Assembly (NCBI GenBank): GCA_030390025.1
Contig: JASTWF010000329.1
Coordinates: 1 to 64,000, forward strand
Length of the DNA: 64,000 nucleotides
Reading direction: 5' to 3'
Origin: Squalus acanthias
Lineage: Eukaryota
Shown: piece by piece, positions 12,720-26,076 of the stretch
Layout of the letters: every line of letters starts with the position of its first letter
Numbering within the stretch: the stretch's first letter is position 1
The notes under the pieces: model-generated
Databases searched by the model: none
Told to the model about the DNA's origin: nothing
What the model saw: the letters and a program-made list of their open reading frames with translations, nothing else
Made by a program: the position numbers and the translations under genes

Positions 12720-13553
12720 ACGGAGAAACCGTGGGAATGTGGGAAGGGATTCAGTTCCCCGTCTCAGCTGGAAATTCAACATCGCAGTCACACCGGGGAG
12801 AGACCGTTCACGTGCTCTGAGTGTGGGAAGGGATTCACTCAGTCATTCAACCTGCTGTTACACCAGCGCGTTCACACCGGGGAGAGACTGTTCACCTGCT
12901 CCGTCTGTGGGAAGGAATTCACTTGTTCATCCAACCTTCTAACTCACCAGCGAGTGCACACCGGGGAGAGACCGTTCACCTGCTCTGTCTGTGGGAAGGG
13001 ATTCACTCAGTCATCCCACCTGCTGTCACACCAGCGAGTTCACACTGGGGAGAGGCCGTTCACCTGCTCCGTCTGTGGGAAGGAATTCACTTGTTCATCC
13101 AACCTTCGAACTCACCAGCGAGTGCACACCGGGGAGAGACCGTTCACCTGCTCTGAGTGTGGGAAGGGATTCACTCGATCATCCAGCCTGCTGAAACACC
13201 AGCGAGTTCACACTGGGGAGAGACCGTTCTCCTGCTCTGAGTGTGGGAAGGGATTCACACTTTCAGCCACCCTGCTGAAACACCAGCGAGTCCACACTGG
13301 GGAGAGACCGTTCACCTGCTCCGTCTGTGGGAAGGGATTCACTCAGTCATCCAACCTGCTGAGACACCAGCGAGTTCACACTGGGGAGAGACCGTTCACC
13401 TGCTCTCAGTGTGGGAAGGGATTCATTCAGCCATCCCACCTTCTAACGCATCAACGTGTTCACACTGGGGAGAGGCCGTTCACCTGCCCCGAGTGTGGGA
13501 AAGGATTCACTACTTCATCCAGCCTGCTGAGACACCAGCGAGTTCACAAGTGA
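12720..13553 (+). CDS. C2H2 zinc-finger protein (ZNF copy 2), 9 intact fingers plus one broken; no in-frame ATG (ACG at 12720); possibly a pseudogene; exon acceptor at 12354/12355
   Basis: Tandem C2H2 fingers with TGERPF linkers. Upstream there are TGAs at 12521 and 12681, a 1-nt frameshift near 12670 and a 9-nt deletion of the first Cys relative to copy 1. Confidence 0.7.
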   Translation, partial: TEKPWECGKGFSSPSQLEIQHRSHTGERPFTCSECGKGFTQSFNLLLHQRVHTGERLFTCSVCGKEFTCSSNLLTHQRVHTGERPFTCSVCGKGFTQSSHLLSHQRVHTGERPFTCSVCGKEFTCSSNLRTHQRVHTGERPFTCSECGKGFTRSSSLLKHQRVHTGERPFSCSECGKGFTLSATLLKHQRVHTGERPFTCSVCGKGFTQSSNLLRHQRVHTGERPFTCSQCGKGFIQPSHLLTHQRVHTGERPFTCPECGKGFTTSSSLLRHQRVHK

Positions 13554-14864
13554 CTGCAGGGGTTGGATTCTGCTGTTGTTGCTGCTGTTAATCACATCCC
13601 GACTGAATCATGTTCATTCTGACAGTTGGAGTTTGTTTCTGCTGATGTTAATAATCCCTATAACTGGGCTGGAGTTTACTATTTTGATATTTGAAATAAC
13701 ACAGTGTGCCAATATTTGATGTCTCCAAGATAAGAGGAGATTAATTGATGTCCTGTTACTGATTGCTCCATTTTTGGGCCTTTTCTCCTTTCTAACTCGA
13801 GATTATTTCAGTTCTCGTACCTTCGGTTACTCTCATGGACAAATCCCAGCTCCCCATACCTTCCAGAGTGCCTCTCCTAGCCTTGGTATCCAGGGAAGGT
13901 CTCGGTAACACGCCCGGGATCACTAAACACAAAACCCAGTCTGTTAATCACTTTCAGCTACTGGACTTAGCGTGTGTCCCACAGCATCTCTCTCACCTTC
14001 GATGTGTGAATAGAGCATCACGCCTGCAAACCTGCTTTCAATTTAAATTTGAATCCACTCAGCAAGTGTATTTAAAACAATACGTACAAGTAAACAGATC
14101 ACATCAAATAATTGGCAAAGGTTTAGAGTCAACAAGATGAACAAGTGAACACATCACGGCCCAATACCCCAGCTCTATATTCACAGGAGAAAGTCTGTTA
14201 TCTAACTCCTCGAGTGGACAGAATAGAGAAAGATCCCAACTCTAAGAACATCTAGAATCTGTTGTAAATATCTTTCAAATCCTGACTGGTCCAATCTGTC
14301 GGTTTCCTTTCAATTGAAGTGAATGGAAGATGAGAGGGGTGTTGGCATATGGACCTCGGTTAATTCAGCTTCTGAAAGGTGTTCATGTTTAGTTCATTCG
14401 ATATCGGGGAAAATGTGGTTGGTATCATTAGAGAGAGAGAGAGATTTCACTGAGCAACAGCTGGTGTTTGCAACCAACTGGCCTTGGATATTTTCATCAT
14501 AGAATGTTTCGATCAGAAATATGATGTTGGGATAAGGAAAGTCTGGAGACTAGTGGTTTGTGCTGCCCCAGGAAGGCCACAGTGTTTTTACCTGCTTCTA
14601 ACGTTGTTGATGTGTGTTGAAGAAAATGCAGACTTGTGTCTCTGGACTGTGCAGTAGCCAGAGACGACCATATTAGGCAATGCCAGCTCCAGTTTGATAA
14701 GAGGTTGATGGCAGAGCAAGAGATCCAGCAGTTTTAAGTATTTATCTCCCGTAATCTGCAGACATCGAATGTCGCAGCGTGCTGACAAAATTGGACTTCA
14801 GACTTTAACCTATTGGGTTCAATTATTGGGATCAATTGTTATAGAATTGAATTGTTATAGAATG

Positions 14865-15470
14865 GAAAAGTAGTGAAGTTATGCTAAACTTGTATTGAAC
14901 CTTGGTTAGACCACACTTGGAGCACTGCGTACAATTCTGGTCACCATATTATAAAAAGGATATAGAGGCACTGGAGAGGGTGCAGAGAAGATTTACAAGG
15001 ATGATACCAGAAATGAGAGGGTGTACCTGTCAGGAAAGGATGGACAGGCTGGGTCTCTTTTCTCTTGAAAAAAGAAGGCTGAGGGGTGACCTAATAGAGT
15101 TCTTTAAAATGATGAAAGGTTTTGATAGAGTAGATACAGAGAGAGTGTTTCCACTTGTGGGGAAGAGCATAACTGGAGGCCATCGATATAAGATAGTCAC
15201 CAAGAAATCAAATAGGGAATTCAGGAGAAACTTCTTTACCGAGAGAGTGGTGAGAATGTGGAACTCGCTACCACAGGGAGTGGTTGAAGCGAATAGTATC
15301 GATGCATTTAAGGGGAGGCTAGACAAGCATATGAGGGAGAAGGGAATAGAGGGTTATGCTGATAGTTAGATGGGGAGAGACGTGAGGGGGCTCGAGTGGA
15401 ACATAAACGCCGGCATGGACTTGTTGGGCCGAATGGTGTGTTTCTGTGCCGTATATCCTGTGTAATCCTA
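14865..15470 (+). mobile_element. CR1 LINE 3' fragment
   Basis: VRPHLEHCVQFWSP...LEKRRLRGDLIE...RRNFFTERVV. Confidence 0.92.
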
Positions 15471-15657
15471 TTTTCCAAGACACATTGCTCGAAGGGGAGG
15501 ATAAATGACTCGCATCCAAACACAATTGTTACTTTTGTCTTCTTTGTAAAATCACAAAGTCTGGGCATAATTTGTTTGTGAAATTAAAATTGATTATCTG
15601 GACTGGAAGTAATTGAATCAGGAAATGTATTTTATAATGATGTGTGTTTTGAAATTA

Positions 15658-16535
15658 TACTTGGAGCATCTCCTCATTAAAGATCACCCATTGTTCCGTT
15701 ACAGTTTTTCCTGTCAGTCTTTGGTTCCATTTTACCCTGGCTAGATCCTTTCGCATCCCATTGAAGTTAACCCTATTCCAGTTTAGAAGTTCCACTCTAG
15801 ATTGTTCCTTGCTCCTCTCCATTGCTAATCTAAATCTTATGATACGATGATCACTCGTACCCAAGTGTTCTCCCACAGACACTTGGTCGACCTGGCCCAC
15901 CTCATTCCCCAGCACCAGATCCAGCAATGCCTCCTTCCTAGTTGGGCCAAGAACATACTGGTCAAGGAAATTCTCCTGAACACATTTCAGAAATTCCTCT
16001 CCCTCCTTTCCCTTTACCCTAGCATTATCCCAATCGATATTTGGGTAATTAAAGTCCCCCAATATCACCTCTCTATAGCTCTTGCATATCTCTGCGATTT
16101 CCCTGCAGATTTGCTCCTCTACCTCCCTCTCACTATTTGGAGGCCTATAGAATACCCCCAATAGTGTGATCAGACCCTTATTGATCCTCAATCTAACCAA
16201 ATGGATTCTGTCCTTGTCCCCTCAAGAACATCCTCCCATTCCAACACTACAATGTCTTCCTTAATCAGCACTGCCACCCCACCTCCCTTTTTTCCTTCCC
16301 TATCCTTTCTGAACACCTTGTACCCTTGAATATTTAGTGCCCAGTCCTCACCGTTTTTAAGCCACGTTTCCATTATTGCCACATCATATTGCCACATGGC
16401 TAATTGTGCTTGTAGCTCACCAACCTTATTCACCACACTTTGTGTGTTTACGTACATGCATTCTAAACCCATTTTTGAATTTTTCGTAGTCTTTCTTAGT
16501 CTGCTCATATCTAATGTGGTACTACTTCCGCCTCT
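15658..16535 (-). mobile_element. CR1 ORF2 N-terminal (APE endonuclease) fragment
   Basis: LECMYVN...ETWL...YRPP...GDFNYP...SDH motifs, frameshifted near 16195. Confidence 0.92.
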
Positions 16536-17094
16536 AGTACACAGTCAGAGTGTGTTTTTGCTGATCTTAATAACCCCTATACCTGGGCTGGAGATTAATA
16601 TTCTGTATAAATATTGAATAAAGCAGCTTTGTTTCAAACACAGTGTATTGAATATTTGATTTCTCCATGATCAGAGGAGACTTATTGATGTTCTGTTACC
16701 GACTGTTCCATTGTTGGGCTTTTCTTACTCTTGATTATATCACTTCTCACCGAGTTCACCTTCGACCACATCGAACCCCAAGCTGGTTCCGTTTGACTAC
16801 ATGGCTTGTGGGTGTCATAGACTGAACTACAGTGTCTCACTTTATACTCATCTGAAATTCCTTTCAACCAACCCTTGAAAGAACTCTCTTGCTTCAGATT
16901 TGAAACCAGTTATTGTGTACATGGTTTAACACTTCTTGGATCCAACTCCTCCACAGGTACTGCATGTGACAGCCTTTGGAATGTTCTGATCTTTGTCATT
17001 GTCTTTGCTGATTGTGATGGTGCCCTTGATTTAATCTCCTGGAACTAACACACCGTGCACTATTTCCTGCATCGAGATCATTGTTTCAAATACT

Positions 17095-20000
17095 GAGCTT
17101 GAGCACAGAGCTTGGAGACAGAGCCGGGAGATTCGCAAACGCAGTGATTCACAAGCAGAGTGGGCGCAGGAATTGGTGGAGAGGGAGAAGGCGGTGGAGA
17201 CGTCTGACTGAAAAGGAGGAGTGGAGCCACAGAACCCAAGTTAATAGGCACGAGAGCAGAGCTGTGGGACAGCGAGAGGAGGGGCCGCAGATAAAGACAG
17301 GCCCAAGAGCCCGGAGGGAGCGCCAGTGTCAGGGAGCGAGGTAAGTGACCTCAGCACAAGGGAAGGAGCAGATTGGGGAGGGATTGTTTTTAAGTCTTGA
17401 GGTTATTTCTGTTAAGTTACTTAAAAAAAAGTTAGTTAATAGTCGAATAATTAAAAGCACAGCAGGGCAACTGGGTCCAGCGGATGCCCATCCTGTGCCT
17501 TTCCACCATCTACAAGGCACAAGTCAGGAGTGTGATGGAATACTCTCCACTTGCCTGGATGAGTGCAGCTCCAACAACACTCAAGAACCTCGACACCATT
17601 CAGGACAAAGCAGCCCGTTTGATTGGCACCCCATCCACCACCTTAAACATTCACTCCCTCCACCACCGGCGCACCGTGGCTGCAGTGTGTACCATCTACA
17701 AGATGTACTGCAGCAACTCGCCAAGGCTTCTTCGGCAGCACCTCCCAAACCCGCGACCTCTACCACCTAGAAGGACGAGGGCAGCAGGCGCATGGGAAGA
17801 CAACCACCTCCAAGTTCCCCTCCAAGTCACACACTTAGAAGGATCCTTCATCGTCGCTGGGTCAAAATCCTGGAACTCCCTCCCTAACAGCACTGTGGGA
17901 GTACCTTCACCACACGGACTGCAGCGGTTCAAGAAGGCGGCTCACCACCACCTTCTCAACGGCAATTAGGGATGGGCAATAAATGCTGGCCTTGCCAGAG
18001 ACTCCCACATCCCATGAACGAATAAAAAAAAATAGTGGGAACTCCAGGACACTTCCCGTGTCCTGGACAACCACGTGTGCAGGAGGTGTGGTCAGCTGGA
18101 GGAGTTCGAGCTCCGGGTTTCGGAGCTTGAGCAGCAGCTGGCGTCACTGCGGTGCATCCGCGAGGCTGAGAGCTCCGTGGACAGCACGTTTCAGGAGGTG
18201 GTCACCCCGCAGCTAATGAGTGCGCAGGCAGAGAGGGAATGGGTGACTGCCAGACAGAAGAGGAGGACCAGGCAGGTAGTGCAGGAGTCCCCGGAGTGCA
18301 TCTCGCTCTCCAACCAGTATTCTGTGCTGAGTACTGGTGAGGGTGATGGTTCCTCTGGGGAGTACAGCCAGAGCCAAGTCCATGGCACCACGGGTGGCTC
18401 AGCTGCACAGGGGTGGAGGAGGAAGACAGGGAAAGCAATAGTGGGAGGGGATTCAATAGTTAGGGGAGCAGACAGGCGTTTCTGCAGCTGCAGACCTGAC
18501 TCCAGGATGGTATGTTGCCTCCCTGGTGCCAGGGTTAAGGATGTCACTGAGCGGCTGCAGGACACTCTGAGGGGGTGGGTGAACAGCCAGAGGTCGTTGT
18601 CCATATCGGTCCCAACAATGTAGGTAGAAAGAGGGATGAGGTCCTGCAGACAGATTTTAGGGAGCTGGGAAAGAGATTAAAAAGCAGGACCTCAAAGGTA
18701 GTAATCTCTGGATTACTCCCGGTGCCACGCGCGAGTGAGTATAGAAATAGGAGGATAGAGCAGATGAATGTGTGGCTGGAGAGATGGTGCAGGAGGGAGG
18801 GCTTCAGATTCCTGGGGAATTGGGGCCGGTTCTGGGGGAGGTGGGACCTGTACAGGCCGGACGGGTTGCACCTCGACAGAGCCGGTACCAATATCCTCGT
18901 GGGGAGGTTTGCTAGTGCTGTTGGGGAGGGTTTAAACTAAGTTGGCAGGGGGATGGGCACCAGGATGTAACATTAGAAAGAGGAAATAAAGTGATCAAAG
19001 GATTGGGAGAGGCAGAGAGCACTACAGTAAGAAATAGTAAGGTATTAGGGGGGTCAAACTAAGAGAGAATACAGGATAGTCTAAGATGGGTTTACAGTGT
19101 ACGTATGTGAACGCACGAAGCGTAGTAAACAAGGTAAGTGAGCTGCAGGCACAAATAGCCACATGGGAATATGATGTTGTGGCAATAACTGAGACCTGGC
19201 TCAAAAAAGGGCAGGATTGGGTATTAAATATTCCTGGTTATAAAGTGTTCAGGAAAGGTAGGGAAGGAAAGATAGGAGGTGGTGTGGCAGTATTGGTCAA
19301 GGAGAATGTTACAGTGCTGGAGAGGGAGGATGTCCTGGAGGGGTCAAGGACAGAATCTATACGGCTAGAGTTAAGAAATAATAGAGGTGCCATTACACTA
19401 CTAGGTGTATTCTATAGACCACCAACTAGTGGGAAAGATATGGAGGAGCAAATTTGCAGAGAAATTACAGAGAGGTGCAAGAACTATAGAGCAGTGATAA
19501 TGGGGGACTTCAACTATCCTAATATAGACTGGGATAGTAATAGTGTTAAGGGCAGAGAAGGGGAAGAATTTCTGAAGTGTGTTCAGGAGAACTTTCTTGA
19601 TCAGTATGTTTCTGGCCCAACGAGGGAGGAGGCATTGCTGGATCTGGTTCTGGGGAATGAGGTGGGTCAAGTGGAGCAAGTGTCAGTAGGTGAACATTTA
19701 GGGAACAGTGATCATAGTATCATAAGGTTTAGATTAGCTATGGAAAAGGATAGGGAGCAATCTAGAGTAAAAATGTTTAACTGGGGGAAGGCCAATTTCA
19801 GTGGGATGAGAACGGATCTGGCCCGGGTAAACTGGAATCAAAGATTAGCAGGCAAAACTGTAATGGAACAACGGGCTGCCTTTAAAGAGGAAATAGTTCA
19901 GGTACAGTTGAGGTACATTCCCACTTGGGGGAAAGGCAGGGCAACTAAAGTCAGGGCTCCCTGGATGACGAAAGAGATAGAGAATATGATGAAGCAGAAA

Positions 20001-21704
20001 AAGAGCGCGTATGACAGATGTCAGGTTGCAAATACATCTGAGAATCAGGCTAAATATAGAAAGGTCAGAGGAGAAGTGAAAAAGAAACTGAGAGGGGAAA
20101 AGAGAGGGTATGAGAATAGAATGGCAGCCAACATAAAAGGTAATCCAAAAGTCTTTTAAATAGTAAACAGGTAGTAAGAGGAGGGTTGGGGCAGATTAGG
20201 GACCATAAAGGAGACCTACGCATGGAGGCAGAGGGTATGGTTGAGGTACTAAACGAGTACTTTGCATCTGTCTTCACCAAGGAAGAGGGTCCTGCCATAG
20301 ACATAGTGAAGGAGGAGGTAGTGGAGATACTGGATAGGATAAAAATTGATAAAGAGGAGGTATTAGAAAAAGGAGGGAGAGAGAAAACAGGGAACTACAG
20401 ACTGTTTAGCCTAACATCAGTAGTAGGGAAAATGCTAGAGTCTATTATAAAGGATGTGATAACAGGACACTTAGAAAATATCAACGGGATTAGACAAAGT
20501 CAACATGGATTTATGAAAGGGAAATCGTGTTTGACAAACCTACTGGAGGTTTTTGAGGATGTAACTGGTAGAATAGATAAGGGAGAACCAGTGGATGTGG
20601 TGTATTTGGATTTTCAGAAGGCCTTTGATAAAGTCCCACATAAGAGGTTAGTGTGCAAAATTAAAGCACATGGGATTGGGGGTAATATACTGGCATGGAT
20701 TGAAAATTGGTTAACAGACAGGAAACAGAGAGTAGGAATAAATGGGTCTTAATCGGAGTGGCAGGCAGTGACTAGTGGGGTCAGGGCTTGGGCCCCAGCT
20801 ATTCACAATACATATCAATGATTTGGATGAGGTAACCAAATGTAATATTTCCAAGTTTGCTGACGACACAAAACTAGGTGGGGTTGTGAGGAGGATGCAA
20901 AGAGGCTTCAAGGCGATTTAGACAAGTTGAGTGAGTGGGCAAATACATGGCAGATGCAGTATAACGTGGATAAATGTGAAGTTATCCACTTCGGTAGGAA
21001 AAACAGAAAGGTAGAGTATTGTTTAAATGGTGATAGATTGGGAAATGTTGCTGTACAAAGAGACCTGGGTGTCCTTGTACCCCAGTCACTGAAAGCAAAC
21101 ATGCAGGTGCAGCAAGCAGTTAGGAAGGCAAATGGTATGTTGGCCTTCATTGCAAGAGGATTTGAGTACAGCAGCAAGGATGTCTTACTACAGTTATACA
21201 GGGCCTTGGTGAGACCACACCTGGAGTACTGTGTGCAGTTTTGGTCTCCTTACCTAAGAAAGGATATACTTGCCATAGAGGGAGTGCAGCGAAGGTTCAC
21301 CAGACTGATTCCTGGGATGTCGTATGAGGAGAGATTGGGTCGACTAGGCCTGTATTCACTAGAGTTTAGAAGAATGAGAGGGGATCTCATTGAAACATAT
21401 AAAATTCTGACAGGGCTAGACAGACTGGATGCAGGGAGGATGTTTCCCTTGGCTGGGGGTCTAGAACGAGGGGTCACAGTCTCAGGATACGGGGTAGGAC
21501 ATTTAGGACTGAGATGAGGAGAAATTTCTTCACTCAGAGGGTGGTGAACCTGTGGAATTCTCTACCACAGAAGGCTGTGCAGGCCTAGTGACTGAATATA
21601 TTTAAGAAGGAGATAGATAGATTTCTAGACATAAAGGGGTATGGGGAGAGAGCGGGAATATGGTATTGAGATGGAGGATCAGCCATGATCATATTGAATG
21701 ATGG
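17095..21704 (+). mobile_element. Near full-length decayed CR1 LINE: 5' UTR, ORF1 (zinc finger/leucine zipper plus GDSL-type esterase, about 17460-18940, frameshifted), ORF2 from ATG 19086 (frameshifts, internal deletion near 20368)
   Basis: ORF1 CRRCGQLEEFELRVSELEQQL, GDSIVRG, VVVHIG, DGLHL. ORF2 APE and RT motifs. CR1 3' tail. Confidence 0.92.
17499..18032 (+). mobile_element. 3' fragment of a second LINE family (CR1/L2 group) with poly(A), nested in CR1 ORF1
   Basis: IYKAQVRSVMEYSPLAW...LDTIQDKAARLI...SLHHRR. It ends AATAAAAAAAAA and interrupts the ORF1 CxxC zinc finger (TCCTGTGCC | TGGGAACTCC). Confidence 0.8.
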
Positions 21705-22250
21705 AGCAGGCTCGAATGGCCAGATGGCCGACTCCTGCTCCTATGTGAAGGCATTCGAGAAGGTGCTGAAAAGATTTACGAGAATGGTTCCAGGGATGAG
21801 GGACTTCAGTTCCATGGATAGACTGGAGAAGCTGGGGTTGTTCTCCTTGGAGCAGAGAAGGTTGAGGGGAGATTTGACAGAGGTGTTCAAAATCATGAGG
21901 GGTCTAGACAGAGTAGATAGAGAGAAACTGTTCCCATTGGTGGAAGGGTCGAGAACCAGAGGACACAGATTTAAGGTGATTGGCAGAAGAACCAAAGGTG
22001 ACATGGGGAAAAACTTTTTACGCAGTGAGTGGTTAGGATTGGGAATGCACTGCCTGAAAGGGTGGTGGAGGCAGATTCAATCGTGGCTTTCAAAAGGGAA
22101 TTGGATGAGTACCTGAAGGACAAAAATTTGCAGGGCTACGAGGGAAGGGTGGGGGAGTGGGACTAGCTGAAGTGTTCTTGCAGAGAGCCGGCACGGGCTC
22201 AATGGGCCGAATGGGCACCTTCTGTGCTGTAACCATTCTATGATTCTACG
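21705..22250 (+). mobile_element. CR1 3' fragment (different subfamily)
   Basis: RFTRMVPG...LEQRRLRGDL...RTRGHRFKV and an ATTCTATGATTCTA tail; closely similar to 53516-54072. Confidence 0.9.
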
Positions 22251-22416
22251 AACACATTAAACTGTCACAGAATAATTACCAGTCATTTTTAGACTGGAAA
22301 CTTAACCCTGCCATTTCACTTTCAGTCAGGAACAGATCGCAGTTTGACACCTGATGTGTCAACAGGGTGGATGACCGAGTGTAGCCCTTCCCACACTCGG
22401 AGCAGGTGAACGGTCA

Positions 22417-22584
<168 letters not shown>

Positions 22585-23205
22585 CTACCCAGTGTGAACT
22601 CGCTGGTGTGTCAGCAGGTTGGATGATCGAGTGAATCCCTTCCCACATTCAGAGCAGGTGAACGGCCTCTCCCCGGTGTGAACTCGCTGGTGTGTCAGCA
22701 GGTGGGTTGAACACCTGAATCCCATCCCACACTCAGTGCAGGTGAACGGTCTCTCCCCAGTGTGAACTCGCTGGTGTTTCAGAAGGTCGGATGACTGAGT
22801 GAATCCCTTCCCACACTCGGAGCAGGTGAACGGTCTCTCCCCGGTGTGAGTGCGCTGGTGTACAGTGAGGTGAGATGATCGCCTGAACCCAGTCCCGCAG
22901 TGAGAGCACCTGAACGGTCTCTCGTCAGTGTGAACACTTTGATGGCGTGTCAGTTCCCTGGAACTTTTATAGCACTTCCCGCAGTCCGGGCATTTAAAAG
23001 GTCTCTCGTCAGTGTGAACTCGCTGGTGCTGCAGCAGGTTGGATGAATTAGTGCATCCCTTCCCACACTCAGTGCAGGTGAACAGTCTCTCCCTGGTGTG
23101 ACTGCGCTTGTGTCTCGACAGGCCAGAGGATCGGCTGAAGCCTCGTCCACACACAGAACACGTGTACGGTTTCTCCCCGCTCTGAACGGTGCTTTCTGCT
23201 TCCAT
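22585..23205 (-). CDS. C2H2 zinc-finger protein (ZNF copy 3), ATG 23205, 7 fingers, ends at a nonsense codon; further decayed fingers continue to about 22350
   Basis: [16 protein letters not shown]... The linker codon GAG is TAG at 22585-22587. Confidence 0.8.
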   Translation of the reverse strand: MEAESTVQSGEKPYTCSVCGRGFSRSSGLSRHKRSHTRERLFTCTECGKGCTNSSNLLQHQRVHTDERPFKCPDCGKCYKSSRELTRHQSVHTDERPFRCSHCGTGFRRSSHLTVHQRTHTGERPFTCSECGKGFTQSSDLLKHQRVHTGERPFTCTECGMGFRCSTHLLTHQRVHTGERPFTCSECGKGFTRSSNLLTHQRVHTG

Positions 23206-23429
23206 GCTCAAAGGTCCTGATGAATTGAGCGACTCTGTCAGATCTTGAAGTGATGTTTGGTTTGAGTTTCCCGTCTGCAAATCCTCCCCTTCTAACAGCC
23301 TGTAAAATTAATTTAAAACAGGAAAAAGGGAGGGTGAGAGAGAACCCACAAAAACACAAAGGCAGGTTGTGAAATTGAGTTGAATGAATCTGGGAATTTG
23401 TGGGGCCGGCACTAGAAAAAAGTGACCAT

Positions 23430-23740
23430 GAAAGCTGCCGGATTGACGTAAAAACTCAACTGGTTCACTAATGTCCTTCAGGGAAGGGAACCCGCCACCC
23501 GGTCTGGGCCTACTCAAGACTCTGGCCTCTATGGGAGGAGAGAGAGCGAGGTGGGAGGGGGAGGGTGAAGGAGAGCGACTTTATACATCTGCAACTCGAC
23601 GAGAACTTTGACAGAACCTCCCAAACACGCGACCTCCACCACCTAGAAGGACAAGGGCAGCAGGTGCATGGGAACACCATCACCTCCCAGTTCCCCTCCA
23701 AGTCACACACTATCCTGACTTGGGCATATATCGCCGTTCC
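23430..23740 (+). mobile_element. Fragments of the second LINE family in the ZNF copy 3 intron, duplicated at about 32830-33310
   Basis: CCACCACCTAGAAGGACAAGGGCAGCAGG matches 17760-17830, and the same block is present upstream of ZNF copy 4. Confidence 0.65.
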
Positions 23741-23807
23741 CACTCGGTGTTGCCCGGGCCCAGCGGCTCTGACTCGGGGCCTGAGACCCGCACTCGGTGT
23801 TGCTGAG

Positions 23808-24612
23808 GGTTCCAATCCTGGGACTGTACATGGGGATTCCAACCCTGGGACTGTACATGGGGATTCTAACCCTGGGACTGTACATGGGGATTCCAACCCT
23901 GGGACTGTACATGGGGATTCCAACCCTGGGACTGTACATGGGGATTCCAACCCTGGGACTGTACATGGGGATTCCAACCCTGGGACTGTACATGGGGATT
24001 CTAACCCTGGGACAGTACATGGGGGGTTCTAACCCTGGGACTGTACATGGGGATTCTAACCCTGGGACTGTACATGGGGATTCCAACCCCGGGACTGTAC
24101 ATGGGGATTCCAACCCTGGGACTGTACATGGGGATTCTAACCCTGGGACAGTACATGGGGGTTCTAACCCTGGGACTGTACATGGGGATTCTAACCCTGG
24201 GACTGTACATGGGGATTCCAACCCTGGGACTGTACATGGGGATTCAACCCTGGAACTGTACATGGGGATCCTATCTCTGGGACTGTACATGGGGATTCTA
24301 ACCCTGGACTGTAACATGGGATTCCAACCCTGGAACTGTACATGGGGATTCTAACCCTGGGACTGTACATGGGGATTCCAACCCTGGAACTGTACATGGG
24401 GATTTCTAACCCAGGGACTGTACATGGGATTCTTAACCCTGGGACTGTACATGGGGATTCTAACCCTGGGACGAACATGGGGATTCTAACCCTGGGACTG
24501 TACATGGGGATTCTAACCCTGGGACTGTACATGGGGATTCTAACCTGGGACTGTACATGGGGTTCCAACCCTGGGACTGTACATGGGGATTCCTATCCTG
24601 GGACTGTACAAG
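23808..24612. repeat. 27-bp minisatellite (GGGACTGTACATGGGGATTCCAACCCT), about 30 units
   Basis: Direct periodicity; shorter paralogous array at 33768-33970. Confidence 0.96.
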
Positions 24613-24789
24613 GGGCCCAGCTCTGGGGCTCTTCTGTTACAATTGTGTGGGATGTTAACCGTCTGCTCTGCTTTTACCAGCGCCTTCAGGAGAGATGGTG
24701 AGAAATCGGTAGTGTGGAGAGTCTGAATCAAATAACTGAGTCACTGATTTACTCTCCCGGGCACTAGGACCCGGTTGGGAACAGACACT

Positions 24790-26030
24790 GAAGCCCCGCC
24801 CACTCTTAGTTCCTCACCAAGATGACCGCGCATGCGCTTTGCTACTCACTGAATCAAAATGGCGGCCGTTATCCTGGACCTGTGACCGGGAGAACATAAG
24901 AAATAGGAGCAGGAGTAGGCCAATCGGCCCTTCGAGCCTGCTCCGCCATTCAATAAGATCATGGCTGATCTGATCCTCACCTGAAATCTAAAGAACACAA
25001 GAAGTAGGAGCAGGACCCGGCCACTCGGCCCCTGGGCCCGCAACGCCACCTACAGGGCCTCGACCGATCCGAACTCAGCCTCATGTCCAATTTCCTGCCC
25101 GCTCCCCGTAACCCCTAATTCCCTTTACTTCTAGGAAACTGTCTATTTCTGTTTTAAGTTTATTTAATGATGTAGCTTCCACAGCTTCCTGGGGCAGCAA
25201 ATTCCACAGACCTACTACCCTCTGAGTGAAGAAGTTTCTCCTCATCTCAGTTTTGAAAGAGCAGCCCCTTATTCTAAGATTATGCCCCCTAGTTCTAGTT
25301 TCACCCATCCTTGGGAACATCCTTACCGCATCCACCCGATCAAGCCCTTTCACAATCTTATATGTTTCAATAAGATCGCCTCTCACTCTTCTGAACTCCA
25401 ATGAGTAGAGTCCCAATCTACTCAACCTCTCCTCATATGTCAACCCCCTCATCCCGGGGACCAACCGAGTGAACCTTCGTTGCACTGCCTCGAGAGCAAG
25501 TATGTCTTTTCTTAAGTATGGACACCAAAACTGTATGCAGTATTCCAGATGTGGTCTCACCAATACCTTATATAACTGCAGCAATACCTCCCTGTTTTTA
25601 TAATCTATCCCCCAAGCAATAAAAGCCAACATTCCGTTGGCCTTCTTGATCACCTGCTGCACCTGCATACTAACTTTTTGATTTTCTTGCACTAGGACCC
25701 CCAGATCCCTTTGTACTGCAGTACTTTCCAGTTTCTCGCCATTAAGATAATAATAAGAGAAGCCCCGAAGCTGCAAACGCGGGACCTTCAGGTTATTATT
25801 CGGGGCTTGCGGCCTCCCCGACCACCCGCCGGTCAATTACTCCGCTCCGTTGGCCGCTTCTCACAGATTGGTCAGGAGCTGTTCCACAAGCACCGTCCTC
25901 TGAGATGACACGCACCGCGGATGCTCCAAACCCAGACGTGTCCCGCGCCTGCGCACTGGGCTCCTGTAGTCCTGGTGCGGCACATTCTCCCTCGCGGGGA
26001 ATGCTGGATAAAAGCCCCGCCATTGAAAGG
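24790..26030 (-). promoter_or_regulatory. ZNF copy 3 promoter cassette split by a CR1 insertion (24891-25755)
   Basis: NRF1 GCGCATGCGC at 24828-24837 and YY1-like AAAATGGCGGCC at 24856-24867. The two halves align in order with the uninterrupted cassette at about 63180-63360. Confidence 0.6.
24891..25755 (-). mobile_element. CR1 3' fragment, same subfamily as 29012-30930
   Basis: YYLNGEKLESTAVQRDLGVLV...EYCIQFWCP, nearly identical to the 29-kb copy. Confidence 0.93.
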
Positions 26031-26076
26031 CCACATTAAGGACTGGAACAGAGTTTACTGCGATTGCATTGAGCAC

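Noticed and set aside
23510..24731. Multiple repeat ORFs (PGLESPCTV, GDSNPGTVH, MYSPRVGIP)
   Set aside because: Translations of the 27-bp minisatellite in all frames, broken by frameshifts.
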